Assembly: GCA_040220235.1 (NCBI GenBank)
Contig: JAVJTO010000118.1
DNA length: 64,000 nucleotides
Direction: 5' to 3' (one strand)
Source of the DNA: Coleofasciculus sp. B1-GNL1-01
GTDB lineage: Bacteria > Cyanobacteriota > Cyanobacteriia > Cyanobacteriales > Coleofasciculaceae
Below, in pieces: positions 40,701 to 50,400 of this stretch. Position 1 is the first letter of the stretch. Each line of letters starts with the position of its first letter. The notes below the pieces were generated by a model, which saw only the letters and a program-made list of their open reading frames with translations, had not been told where the DNA came from and made no database searches. The position numbers were made by a program, and so were the translations under genes.

Positions 40701-40986
40701 AGCGCTGACTACAAACTCTAAAGTCAGTGCCATTGGAGATGGGGAAGATGGGGAAAACAACTTAACAAACGCCACTTCAGACTCTCTATCCTCTGTTCAC
40801 CAAAAACAATTATGCTTGACCATCGGTGATAATGGCATTGGTTTCCCAGAGGACGTGGATTTCAGGCAAACCTCGTCTCTAGGCTTACAGCTTGTGTGTC
40901 GGTTGACTAAGCAACTCAACGGTGAGATAAAACTTGATCGCAATCAGGGAACTTTATTTATAATAGTATTCAACCGGAGTTGCTAA
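37708..40986 (+). CDS. Multi-PAS sensor histidine kinase (HisKA_2/HWE-like class)
   Basis: Several PAS/PAC repeats (HPDD, DIT.RK); EIHHRVKNNLQ, NELISNSLKYAF, DNGIG and SLGLQLV motifs. Confidence 0.92.
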   Translation: MEPQTYAQLQQRNQLLENIYQGVAHPIIVIDVLPSGEFRVVEMNRASERWMEKNLAEMKDKSPEQIFPADEATAILDNYTRCVQEGRVIVYETYCQSQDSWWLTTLTPLYNQESRIYRLISSSLDISERRKTEVNVSHFFNKILISNLNQRTIDLRHTSQKLVQEIQYCQHVNRKLKENEQNLRQIAETLREVLFIRTVNQMIYVSPAYEKIWGLSCESLYQQPESWQDVIHPDDRDRIITEWQTHVWDKPFEQEYRIIQPNGEQRWIWARTLPILDDFGQVNRNVGIAEDITDRKQVEEHLRQSQAKLAEAEEMAHLGHWHYDMMTHKITWSAETFRIFGRDPDHGEPTYAQLVHQITHPDDRKYFTQTVAHSIQYKQPYKLDYRLIRPNGSIRHIFAKGKPILNSDNQIIGVFGTILDITNLKQTESALRQSEETFRQFAENIQDVFWMTNVEKTQNIYISPAYETIWGQPCASWYTDCLSWLDTIHPDDRDRIRSAINKEVLGEYDEEYRILRPDGEMRWICDRAFPIYNEQGEMYRIAGIAQDITERKQTELALQKSEQRFRQIFDHAPIGMSLINFHTHQFIQVNPAYYQTLGYSESEIMSLTFDDFTHPDDLGHDLHYMEQIDQREIDSFRMPKRYFKKNGEIVWANLTVAVLRDLIGEPVFCVAMIEDISHQQQLQDELTQSEQRFQTSLDNILDCFGLYKPIRDDSGQIIDFVIEYVNDATNQYHCFTQPVQRGQRIYSILLPPYQDELFDAYCQVVETGQPLVKELLFYDDLSHPQNLRQAFDIRAVRFDEGLAITWRDITQRKQGEAQIKASLIEKETLLKEIHHRVKNNLQIISSLLRLQARKMKAPEILELLQESQNRVQAMALIHEKLYQSENLSQINFGAYIQSLVDSLSRCYGARQKGITFNLTIAPVSLSIDTAIPCGLIVNELISNSLKYAFPDSRNGEISITLQTRGGTNEGEGEDQGDRGNVADLSWVRSTHFSAISAEALTTNSKVSAIGDGEDGENNLTNATSDSLSSVHQKQLCLTIGDNGIGFPEDVDFRQTSSLGLQLVCRLTKQLNGEIKLDRNQGTLFIIVFNRSC

Positions 40987-41176
40987 TCCTCTCAGATCAG
41001 AGCAGATAAACTTTAAGTGGTTTGGGTTTCCCTATGCTATGTATCAAAAAATACATCGATAGTTCTTTGGGTATTCATAAGATACTATAACTTATAGCAC
41101 CAACAATATAAAGCTGTCTAAAACAACCAATCTGAGTTAAGTTGACCAACTCTTTACTAGCAAGGAAACAATCATC

Positions 41177-42274
41177 ATGATATCGAATGCGAGGCTGCTT
41201 ATTGTCGAAGACGAAGAAATCGTGGCTTTTGATATTGAAACCACTTTGCAGACATTAGGGTATGACGTTGTGGGGATAGTGACGACGGGAGAAGAGGCGA
41301 TCGCCACGGCGACTCAAACTAAACCTGACTTAGTTCTCATGGATATTCGACTCCCCGGAAAACTGGATGGAGTTGAAGCGGCTGAGGAGATTAGTCAACG
41401 TCTGAATATTCCCGTCGTCTATCTGACTGCCCATGGTGATGGACATACCTTAGAGCGAGCCAAAATAACCGCCCCCTTTGGTTATCTGCTCAAACCCTTC
41501 CAAGAAGACGAACTGCAAACCACGATTGAAATTGCCCTCTCGCGCCATCAGTCTGAAGAACGGCTGCGGTTTGCCTTAGCCAAAGAAAAAGAATTAAACC
41601 AACTGAAAACACAGTTTATCGCCATCACCTCCCATGAATTCCGCACTCCTCTCACCACAATTAGTTCCTCAAACGATCTGCTGGAACGCTATTGTCGAGA
41701 TACCATGGATACTAAAAAAGAAAAGCATTTGCGGCAAATTAAACTATCTGTGAACCAGATGATTCAGTTGTTGGATGATGTTTTACTGCTCGGTAGAGCT
41801 GACTCGGGAAAAGTTGAACTACAACTTATTCCCGTAGATATCGTTGAATTTGGTCATAACTTAGTCGAAGAAATCCAGACCAATGCTGGGGAAGAATACC
41901 AAATTATCTTTAACCCCCAAGGTGAATTCACCGAGACTTGTCTGGATGTTAACCTATTGCGTCCCATCCTCTGTAATTTGCTGGCAAATGCGGTAAAATA
42001 CTCCCCCCAAGGTGGCGTGGTCAAGTTTAATTTATTCAGTAGCGATACAAGTGTCACGTTCCAGATTAAAGACAGTGGAATTGGCATTCCCCCAGAAGCA
42101 CAAAAGCACTTGTTTGAATCCTTCCATCGTGCCAGCAATGTCGGTAAAATTAAAGGAACAGGATTAGGACTTTCCATCGTCAAGCGCTGTGTGGACATTC
42201 ATGGCGGTGAAATTAGCGTAGAGAGTGAAGTTAATGTCGGCACAACCTTTACCGTTACCTTACCGTTGAAATAG
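41177..42274 (+). CDS. Hybrid receiver-histidine kinase
   Basis: VEDE/LMDI/KPF receiver; SHEFRTPL, NAVKYS, DSGIG and GTGLGL motifs. Confidence 0.92.
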   Translation: MISNARLLIVEDEEIVAFDIETTLQTLGYDVVGIVTTGEEAIATATQTKPDLVLMDIRLPGKLDGVEAAEEISQRLNIPVVYLTAHGDGHTLERAKITAPFGYLLKPFQEDELQTTIEIALSRHQSEERLRFALAKEKELNQLKTQFIAITSHEFRTPLTTISSSNDLLERYCRDTMDTKKEKHLRQIKLSVNQMIQLLDDVLLLGRADSGKVELQLIPVDIVEFGHNLVEEIQTNAGEEYQIIFNPQGEFTETCLDVNLLRPILCNLLANAVKYSPQGGVVKFNLFSSDTSVTFQIKDSGIGIPPEAQKHLFESFHRASNVGKIKGTGLGLSIVKRCVDIHGGEISVESEVNVGTTFTVTLPLK

Positions 42275-42568
42275 TGTTGATGGTTGATGGTTGATGGTTG
42301 ACCCATACCTTTGATGGAACCGGGTGTCTGTGTAGGGGCGGGTTTCACTACTATCGTTTCTCACTTCACCCAGATGTAACTAAACCCGCCCAGACCGCAC
42401 AACCTTTACCGTAACATCACCGTTGAAATAGTGTTGATTGTTGATGATTGACCCATACCTTTGATGAAGGTGTCTGTGTAGGGGCGGGTTTCACTATTAT
42501 CGTTTTTCACCTCACAACAGATGTAACTAAACCCGCCCAGACCATACAAGGTTTACCGTGACATCACC
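42241..42568. repeat. REP-anchored imperfect tandem duplication (units at 42241, 42398, partial at 42545) including the kinase gene's 3' end
   Basis: ACAACCTTTACCGT..ACCGTTGAAATAGTGTTGAT...GTAGGGGCGGGTTT...AAACCCGCCCAGACC repeated with periods 157 and 147. Confidence 0.85.
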
Positions 42569-42772
42569 CACGCCAGCCCTCACCCCCAGCCCCTCTCCCA
42601 AGCTTGGGAGAGGGGAGCAAGAGAATCCGATTTATCGCACTACGGGCATAGGTTAGGACATTCCCCTATTGCCTATTCCCTATTGCCTATTCCCTATTGC
42701 CTATTCCCTATTCCCTTTTTACCCAATTTTATTGTCCTAACCTCAATGCGTATTGCTATAACCAATGACAAA

Positions 42773-44032
42773 TCATTTCACACAATTAAGCATTCGCACC
42801 GTCGCCGCCGCCGCATAATTTCGTTGGGCTTGACTATTGGGATAAAAAGCACTCCCCCTTTCATTCAACGGAGACGCCACTCGACAATAAGCCGACATTT
42901 GAGTAATCAGGGCATCTGCCCAATGACCCTGAATATCGCTAAACTCTAAAGCAGACTGATTAGCTGTCAGCGTCGGTTGTTGACCTTGCAGGGTTAAGGC
43001 AAACTCCGCCGCCCGTCGTTCCATTGCCATCAGTTCAGCGCGAGTCACTGGTTGTGTAGGTCGAAATTTTCCATCCGCATAACCACTGATGATATTATTA
43101 TCCCGCGCCCATTGAATTTTTGCCGCACTCCATCGGGAGGGATTAACATCAGGATAAGGGGCAAAGGTCACTTGCTCAGGAAGTTCTAAATCGGCGTTGG
43201 GGAGTTGATTCAATGCTTCAAAAATAATCGAAACCAATTGTTCACGAGTTAACGCCGCTTGGGGTCTGAATGTGTTATCTTCTCTGAATCCAGCAATAAA
43301 TCCCATTGCCACGGCTTGCTGAATTTCATTGGCATAAATGTCATTGGCAACATCGGGAAAGGTTACGACTGGATTGCCAGTCCCTGAACCTGTGCCTGGA
43401 TTAGCACCTGTATTAGACCCCGTACCGGAACCTGTGTCTGGATTAGAACCTGTACCGGAACCGCCACCTGTACCAATACTGCTTAAGGGTTGACTACTTG
43501 CCAGATAAATATGACCCAATGGTTTACCTTGATAGGAACGTCGGGCAAAGTCCCAACCGGGTTCTAAAACTATCTTGACAAACCCATTGGCTAATCCTTG
43601 GGTTCTACCCACTATAACTTCTGGGGCGCTGCGATCGCGGCTATTGGTTCCTATCAGTACCAATTCACCATTGCGTTCAACGATTCTGAGTAAATAATCT
43701 AAGCCCAAATCTTCACCCGCCATGCGGATGGAATAGCCATTACTATCCGTACTACGTCCGCAAATCCCACTAAAGTCAAAGTTTAATAATAAGGGATCTA
43801 CGGTAACCGGATTACTGCCACTTTCACTCCAACACTGCCGCGCATTGCTTTTTTGTTCAATAATCAGCAGTTGATGGGAACTCTCGCCAAAAGGTGCAGC
43901 CACGGCAATAAATTTATTTTGATCAACTGGAATTTGCTCAAATGTCGCCGCCACTGATTTATTCGCGATTAGGCTAGATAGGGCGATCGTGGCTAGGGTG
44001 GCTACTTGTGTAAAAAATGCACGCTTTCTCAT
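42773..44032 (-). CDS. DUF3747 plus S-layer homology (SLH) domain protein
   Basis: LLIIEQ..RQCWSESG, VDPLLLNFDFSGICGRSTDSNGYSIR; Gly/Ser/Thr linker; SLH repeats (GFREDNTFRP, GYADGKFRP). Confidence 0.88.
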   Translation of the reverse strand: MRKRAFFTQVATLATIALSSLIANKSVAATFEQIPVDQNKFIAVAAPFGESSHQLLIIEQKSNARQCWSESGSNPVTVDPLLLNFDFSGICGRSTDSNGYSIRMAGEDLGLDYLLRIVERNGELVLIGTNSRDRSAPEVIVGRTQGLANGFVKIVLEPGWDFARRSYQGKPLGHIYLASSQPLSSIGTGGGSGTGSNPDTGSGTGSNTGANPGTGSGTGNPVVTFPDVANDIYANEIQQAVAMGFIAGFREDNTFRPQAALTREQLVSIIFEALNQLPNADLELPEQVTFAPYPDVNPSRWSAAKIQWARDNNIISGYADGKFRPTQPVTRAELMAMERRAAEFALTLQGQQPTLTANQSALEFSDIQGHWADALITQMSAYCRVASPLNERGSAFYPNSQAQRNYAAAATVRMLNCVK

Positions 44033-44278
44033 CTTGTCTACTTCGATCCTTTGATTGTGTAGTCCTTCAACTTTCCTCTGCACAAAGCCTTTGATGACTC
44101 TTGTGTATAAAAGTTTCCCAGATTCCTCGGTACTTAGCGTGTATTTAATATCTCGTAACAATCAACCGGATCAGGTGTACCCCTGTGAAACAAAAGAAAG
44201 TATCACAAGCTGAACCCCTGTCCCTGGAACCCTTACCCATGATCGGGGAAAACGTTTCACACTTACAGGTCACAGGAT

Positions 44279-45049
44279 ATGTTATTTAACTTTATCGGAT
44301 GGAGTGGCGCATTGGGAATCATCACCCTACTGATATTTGGCATCCTGCAATGGTTGCATATCAGCGCCGGACATTTTCTGGATTGGGTGATTGGAGTGGC
44401 TAGCTTTTGGTGGCTGTTGGTGGTTGTGACAGTTCCCTGGAATGTCCACTTTGAAGCCAAGTCGGTTTTGGCAGATGCGGCGCAATCGGCGGAAAAGGGG
44501 ATTCAGATAGACACCAAACAGGTTAATTATGCTCAAGTGGTAGCAACGCGATCGCTCTGGGTGGCGATAGCCTTACATATTCTATCTGCGATTGGGCTTT
44601 ATACGTTAGCGGCGATGGGGATTAGTGCGGTAGGGTATGTGAGTTCGGGTGCAGCATTGTTGTTAACCGCCTTACGCCCAGCGATTCGACTCTATGAGTA
44701 TTTAGCCGCCCGTTTAGCGATGATTCGCCAGGAGTTTAAGTATCCGCGTGAGGATGTGTACCAATTGCGCGATCGCGTCTCAAATTTAGAACAGGATATC
44801 AGACAGATTCAACCCCAACTCGATCCCGAAAATGAGCATTCCTGGGTGGCGATGCAGAACCGTAACTGGGAAGAAAGCCGTAAAGATATCGCCCGACTCC
44901 GCGCTTCTTTTGATCAACTCGAAGCCCAGAATGAGGCTGAACACAGGCGTTTAGCCCGGGAAGCCCAACAAGCGATCGCGCAATTAACCACAGATAGTCA
45001 ATTCCTGGATCATGTTCGCGAAATTATTCGCTTTTTCAAGACAGCTTAA
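44279..45049 (+). CDS. Conserved membrane protein with C-terminal coiled coil
   Basis: Four hydrophobic segments, VTVPWNVHFEA, heptad-rich C-terminus. Confidence 0.75.
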   Translation: MLFNFIGWSGALGIITLLIFGILQWLHISAGHFLDWVIGVASFWWLLVVVTVPWNVHFEAKSVLADAAQSAEKGIQIDTKQVNYAQVVATRSLWVAIALHILSAIGLYTLAAMGISAVGYVSSGAALLLTALRPAIRLYEYLAARLAMIRQEFKYPREDVYQLRDRVSNLEQDIRQIQPQLDPENEHSWVAMQNRNWEESRKDIARLRASFDQLEAQNEAEHRRLAREAQQAIAQLTTDSQFLDHVREIIRFFKTA

Positions 45050-45091
45050 TTTGTCATTCGTCATTCGTTATTTGGTTCAAATCGAAACGAC

Positions 45092-45783
45092 AAGAGGGCG
45101 GGTTTTGTTGATCAGTTGTGGGTACACCCGTTCAGTAAACGGCTAAACCCGCCCCTACAATTAACCGTCTCTAACCATCCAAATTAGAAATCCGAGAATC
45201 TGATCAACTGGGGGTAACGGATAATCAGTTAGCGCGATCGTTACCGTTTGTCCCTCCAGAAACAAAAAGAGGGCGGGTTTTGTTGATCAGTTATGGGTAC
45301 ACCCGTTCAGTAAACGGCTAAACCCGCCCCTACAATTAACCGTCTCTAACCATCCAAATTAGAAATCCCAGAATCTGATCAACTGGAGGTAACGGATAAT
45401 CAGTTAGCGCGATCGTTACTGTTTGTCCCTCCAAAAACAAAAAGAGGGCGGGTTTTGTTGATCAGTTGTGGGTAAACCCCTTCAGTAAACGGCTAAACCC
45501 GCCCCTACAATTAACCGTCTCTAACCATCCAAATTAGAAATCCCAGAATCTGATCAACTGGAGGTAACGGATAATCGGTTAGCGCGATCGTTACTGTTTG
45601 TCCCTCCAAAAACAAAAAGAGGGCGGGTTTTGTTGATCAGTTGTGGGTAAACTCGTTCAGTAAACGGCTAAACCCGCCCCTACAATTAACCGTCTCTAAC
45701 CATCCAAATTAGAAATCCCAGAATCTGATCAACTGGAGGTAACGGATAATCAGTTAGCGCGATCGTTACTGTTTGTCCCTCCA
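45092..45783. repeat. Tandem array of four near-identical 175-bp units, each with a REP hairpin
   Basis: GAGGGCGGGTTTTG starts at 45094, 45269, 45444 and 45619 (exact 175 period). Confidence 0.95.
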
Positions 45784-45955
45784 GCTTCTAACGTTCGGTT
45801 GAATACCCATAATTATGGTGAGGGGGTGAGGGGGTGAGGGGGAGAAGTTTTTATTATGGGTGATGAAGCCGGACAGCATATAACTTGTCCCAGTCCGTTT
45901 TAACGGACTTTAGCTATAAGCCTTTAAATTGATTTCAAGGCGGTGGAACTTATTT

Positions 45956-47308
45956 CTACTCTTCATTCAAATCTAGAGGAATCTCAATCACAAATTCTGT
46001 CCCTTTTCCCCGTTGACTATTCATCTGTAACTGACCTTTATGCTTTTCGACAATAATCTGATAACTAATAGCCAAACCTAAACCTGTTCCTGAACCCACA
46101 GGCTTTGTCGTAAAAAAGGGATCAAAGACTTGGCGTTTGACCTCATCCTTCATCCCTGAACCATTATCGGCAATTTTAATCACCACATTGGTATTGTCTT
46201 TAATTTCTGTACAAATCCAAATCGTTGGTGTTGGCGGATTCGATTCAAACCCATTGTTTCCTGTTCTCCATTTCTCTTTCTCCTGATCAATGGCTTCAAT
46301 GGCATTGGTGATAATAGACGTAAATACTTGGTTAAGCTGACCCCCATAACAGCCAATTTTAGGCAGATCGCTATACTCTTTAATCACTCGAATAGCTGGT
46401 CGGTCTGACTGAGATTTAAGACAGTGCTGTAACAAAAACAGGGTATTATCAATTCCTTGATGAATATCCGTTAACTTAAATTCTGATTCATCCAAATGGG
46501 AAAAACTCCGCAGCAACAGAATAATCTGACAGATTCGTTCCGCCCCCACTTGCATTGAGTTAAGGATTTTGGGTAAATCGGACTGCAAAAAAGCCAGGTC
46601 AATGGCTTCAGTTTCTGCAACAATCTCGGGGCTAGGATTGTTGTAGGTACGTTGATAAGAATGAAGTAAATGTAAAAGTTCTTCCAGATAAGTTTTTGTA
46701 ATCGAGGCATTACTGTAGATAAAATTCAACGGATTATTAATCTCATGGGCGATTCCGGCAACCATCCGACCCAAACTTGACATTTTTTCGGATTGAATAA
46801 GTTGAAGTTGGGTTTGTTGTAATTTCTTTAATGCCTGCTCAAGTTCTAAGGATCGTTGCCGTTCTTTCTCTTGTGAATATAATAGTTTTTGATTTTGGTC
46901 AAGGAGTCGCTTTTGTAGATTTCTCAAGGCGAGATGGGTTTGGACACGACATAATACTTCTTCGGGTTGTAGGGGTTTAGTGATATAATCAACCGCACCA
47001 ATTTTAAATCCTTGAACTTTATCGACGGTATCGGAGAGTGCGGTCATAAAAATTACGGGAATATCTTGAGTCGATGGATCAGATTTTAGACATTTACAGG
47101 TTGTAAATCCATCCAATCCCGGCATCATTACATCTAATAAAATCAGATCCGGCTGGGCATATTGCACTTGTTCAATCGCACTTTCTCCATCTAAGGCGAC
47201 TAAGACTTTGAAGTCAGATTTCGTTAAATACTCAAAGAGAAACCCTAAATTAGTGGGGTTATCATCGACAATAAGCAGTTTGCTTTTATCTGGAAGTTGA
47301 AGGATCAT
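45956..47308 (-). CDS. Hybrid receiver-histidine kinase
   Basis: VDD/LLDVMMP/KP receiver; QSEKMSSLG..VAGIAHEINNP, DNGSG, FFTTKPVGSGTGLGL; start set at MILQLP. Confidence 0.9.
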   Translation of the reverse strand: MILQLPDKSKLLIVDDNPTNLGFLFEYLTKSDFKVLVALDGESAIEQVQYAQPDLILLDVMMPGLDGFTTCKCLKSDPSTQDIPVIFMTALSDTVDKVQGFKIGAVDYITKPLQPEEVLCRVQTHLALRNLQKRLLDQNQKLLYSQEKERQRSLELEQALKKLQQTQLQLIQSEKMSSLGRMVAGIAHEINNPLNFIYSNASITKTYLEELLHLLHSYQRTYNNPSPEIVAETEAIDLAFLQSDLPKILNSMQVGAERICQIILLLRSFSHLDESEFKLTDIHQGIDNTLFLLQHCLKSQSDRPAIRVIKEYSDLPKIGCYGGQLNQVFTSIITNAIEAIDQEKEKWRTGNNGFESNPPTPTIWICTEIKDNTNVVIKIADNGSGMKDEVKRQVFDPFFTTKPVGSGTGLGLAISYQIIVEKHKGQLQMNSQRGKGTEFVIEIPLDLNEE

Positions 47309-47477
47309 AAGGAATAATAAATGATGAAACAAGCAACCAACCAAGACATATAGTGATTAATAGGGTAATGGTTTGGCTAAAAAGATGTAATTAAGAATTC
47401 CCAGAATACCCCTGATGGCTGAATAATGGATTTGCCTTAGAGGAGAAGGAATACAATGAACCATGAACCATAAACTA

Positions 47478-50400
47478 TCAACCATCACCAAGATGATCTT
47501 GAATCAGTTCCCGTAGTTGTTTCAATCGAAACCCTCTCGCTAACTGGCAAATTTGGCTGGTTAAGGGTTCAAATTGCGAATTGTGTTGGGCTAGAGATTC
47601 AGCGCGTTCGATAATGCCTTGGATATCCCCCATTTTAACTAAATCAGCTAACGCCTTAATTTCTGATGAAGGTAGGGAAATAATCGGCGTCTGCGTTAGA
47701 GTAGCCGCCTCAGTTGGGGAGGGGAATTGAGGTTGGGAATAAATCCATTCTAGGTTTAAATGGTGCGCGATCGCATCGAGAAGTTGCTGGGTTTCCACAG
47801 GCTTGGCGAGAAAACCTCGACACCCGGCGGCGAGACTCTCCTGCTGAATCTGGGGGTAGACACTGGCAGAAAGCGCGATCGCGACGATATCCTTATCCTG
47901 AAGTTGGGGTAATGCTAGCATTCGGCGTGTGGTTTCCAATCCATCCATTTCTGGCATCACTAAGTCGATTAAAATTAGATCAGGATAACATTCGACAACC
48001 TTCTGCAAACAGTCTAGACCATTAACCGCCTCTATTATTTCAAACCCTAAAGGCTTTAGCATCGCCCGCAAGAGAGTACGATTCACTCTATTATCATCTA
48101 CAATCATTAATTTCCGTTTGTCCCCTTTGAAGCCTGTAATCCGGCGTTTATTAGAAGGATTCGGTTCGTGCCATCCTGAGACTAAGGGTAAATTAATATC
48201 AAACCAGAATGTACTGCCGTTACCGGGAATACTCTTAACTTTAATTTCACTCCCCATCAGTTGAATTAATTTCTGGCTAATCGCCAATCCCAATCCCGTT
48301 CCTTCAGTCGCATGGCTATGATCACTGACTTGATGGAAGGGTAAAAAGATTTTGGTTAATTGACTCAAATCAATGCCCACACCTGTATCTTTAACTTGAA
48401 AACGAATGGTTTGAAAGTGTTGACCCTTCCCCACCATCGAGTAAACCGAGTTTGTCGGGGCGGGTTTAGGGACTTGATTGTGACTATTGATGGTATCCTT
48501 TGTATAAAACCCGCCCTGACTAAGTTTTGATTCAAGGGCAGAATTTCTACAAGCCGATTTTACATCGGTTCGATTAACAACACTCACCGTAAATGTTACC
48601 TCACCCCCATCCGTAAACTTAATCGCATTACTGAGTAAATTACACAGAACCTGTCGCAATCGTTTGTTATCTGCCATCACCCCATTAGGAAGTGGTGAAA
48701 GCACTTGATAGGTAAAGATAATATCTTTTTGTTGGGCACGTAACTGGAACAAATCAGCCAGACTATGGAGAAAGTTGGGCAAGTGAAACTCTGTGGGATA
48801 GAGTTCCATCTTTTGCGCTTCAATTTTAGCTAAGTCGAGAATGTCATTAATTAACGTGAGTAGGTGTTCACCACATTGGTGAATAATGTTCAAATTATGG
48901 TGCTGTGGATTGGTTAACGTTGTATCTTGTTTGAGCAGTTGAGCATACCCTAAAATACCATTCAATGGCGTGCGGAGTTCATGACTCATATTAGTCAAGA
49001 ATTCGCTTTTGGCACGGTTGGCAATTTCGCTGCGTTTGGCTTCTCGAACTGCCACTTCTTTCGCTTGCTGGAGGGCTTCTTCGGCTTGCTTGCGTTCGGT
49101 AATATCTAAATAGGCAACAACGACACCCGAATCGCGTAACGGAATCGGTGAAGCTGTCGCACTAATCCAGGTAATTTTTCCATCTGGCTTAACGATTCCA
49201 GCTTCATGGTTTTTGATCACTTGGTTTTGAATTAAGGCTTTGACATTGGCAAATTCTGATCGGGGCATTATTGTGCCATCGGGTCGGATCACGTTCAATT
49301 GTGGCGTCACATATTTAGCATTAATTCGGTCAGAAACCGATAAGCCTAAAATTTTCTCACTCGCCGCATTCGCTTCAATCAAATTCCCCTGTTTATCGGT
49401 GATTGAAATCCCAATCGGTAAGATTTGAAACAGGGTTTTATATTTTTGTTGGCTTTCCCGTAATGCCTTTTCCATGCGCTTGCGATCGCTAACGTCAATG
49501 TAGGCAATGGCAACGCCATAATCAGCGAGAGGAATGGGGGCGGCGGTGACGCTAATCCAAGTGATTTTATCCTTGGCTTTAACGATTCCCATTTCCATAT
49601 TTTCAATGACTCGGTTTTCGGTTAAAGCGCGAACACTAGCAAATTCAGAGGCTGGCATGGGCGTACCATCGAGTCGAATAATAGACCAATTGGGAGCATC
49701 ATAAGTGCGACTGGTGTGTTCTTGGCGGGATAATCCTAAAATTTCCTCACTGGCGGAATTGGCTTCAATAATATTTCCCCCTTTATCAGTAATGGAAATA
49801 CCAATCGGAAAGATTTGAAACAGGGTTTTATATTTCTGCTGACTTTCTCGCAATACTTCTTCCATTTGTTTGCGATCATTGATATCCTCACAAACCACGG
49901 CAATATATCGGGGTGAACCCTCTTCATCTTTAATCATCGATACCGTGATCCGCCCCCAAACACAAGCACCATCTTGGCGCAGATAGCGTTTATCAATGGT
50001 GTAGTTTGTGCGTTTTCCGCACACGATTGAATCAAATAAGTCGGTATCCAGAGATAAGTCTTCCGGGTGAGTCAAACCCGAAAAATGCATCCCGACGATT
50101 TCATCCGGGGAGTAGCCTAAGAACCGACAATTGGCTTCGTTTGCTGTCAGAATATACCCGTTGAGATCTAGCAGGGCAATTCCCACCGAGACATTCTCAA
50201 AAATAGATCGAAATTGTTCTTCACTCTCTCGTAACGTTTTTTCCGCCTGTTGGCGATCGCGAATTTCCCGTTTGAGTTCTTCGTTAGCTTGCTGTAAGGC
50301 TTCGGTGCGTTCTTTCACCCGTTGTTCTAATTCAGCATTCAAGCTTAATATTTTTGCTTCGGCTAATTTTATTGTGGTAATATCGGTAGCGACACCTAAA

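Noticed and set aside
45092..45783. 175-bp tandem array as a CRISPR array
   Set aside because: Units are near-identical along their full length, with no unique spacers
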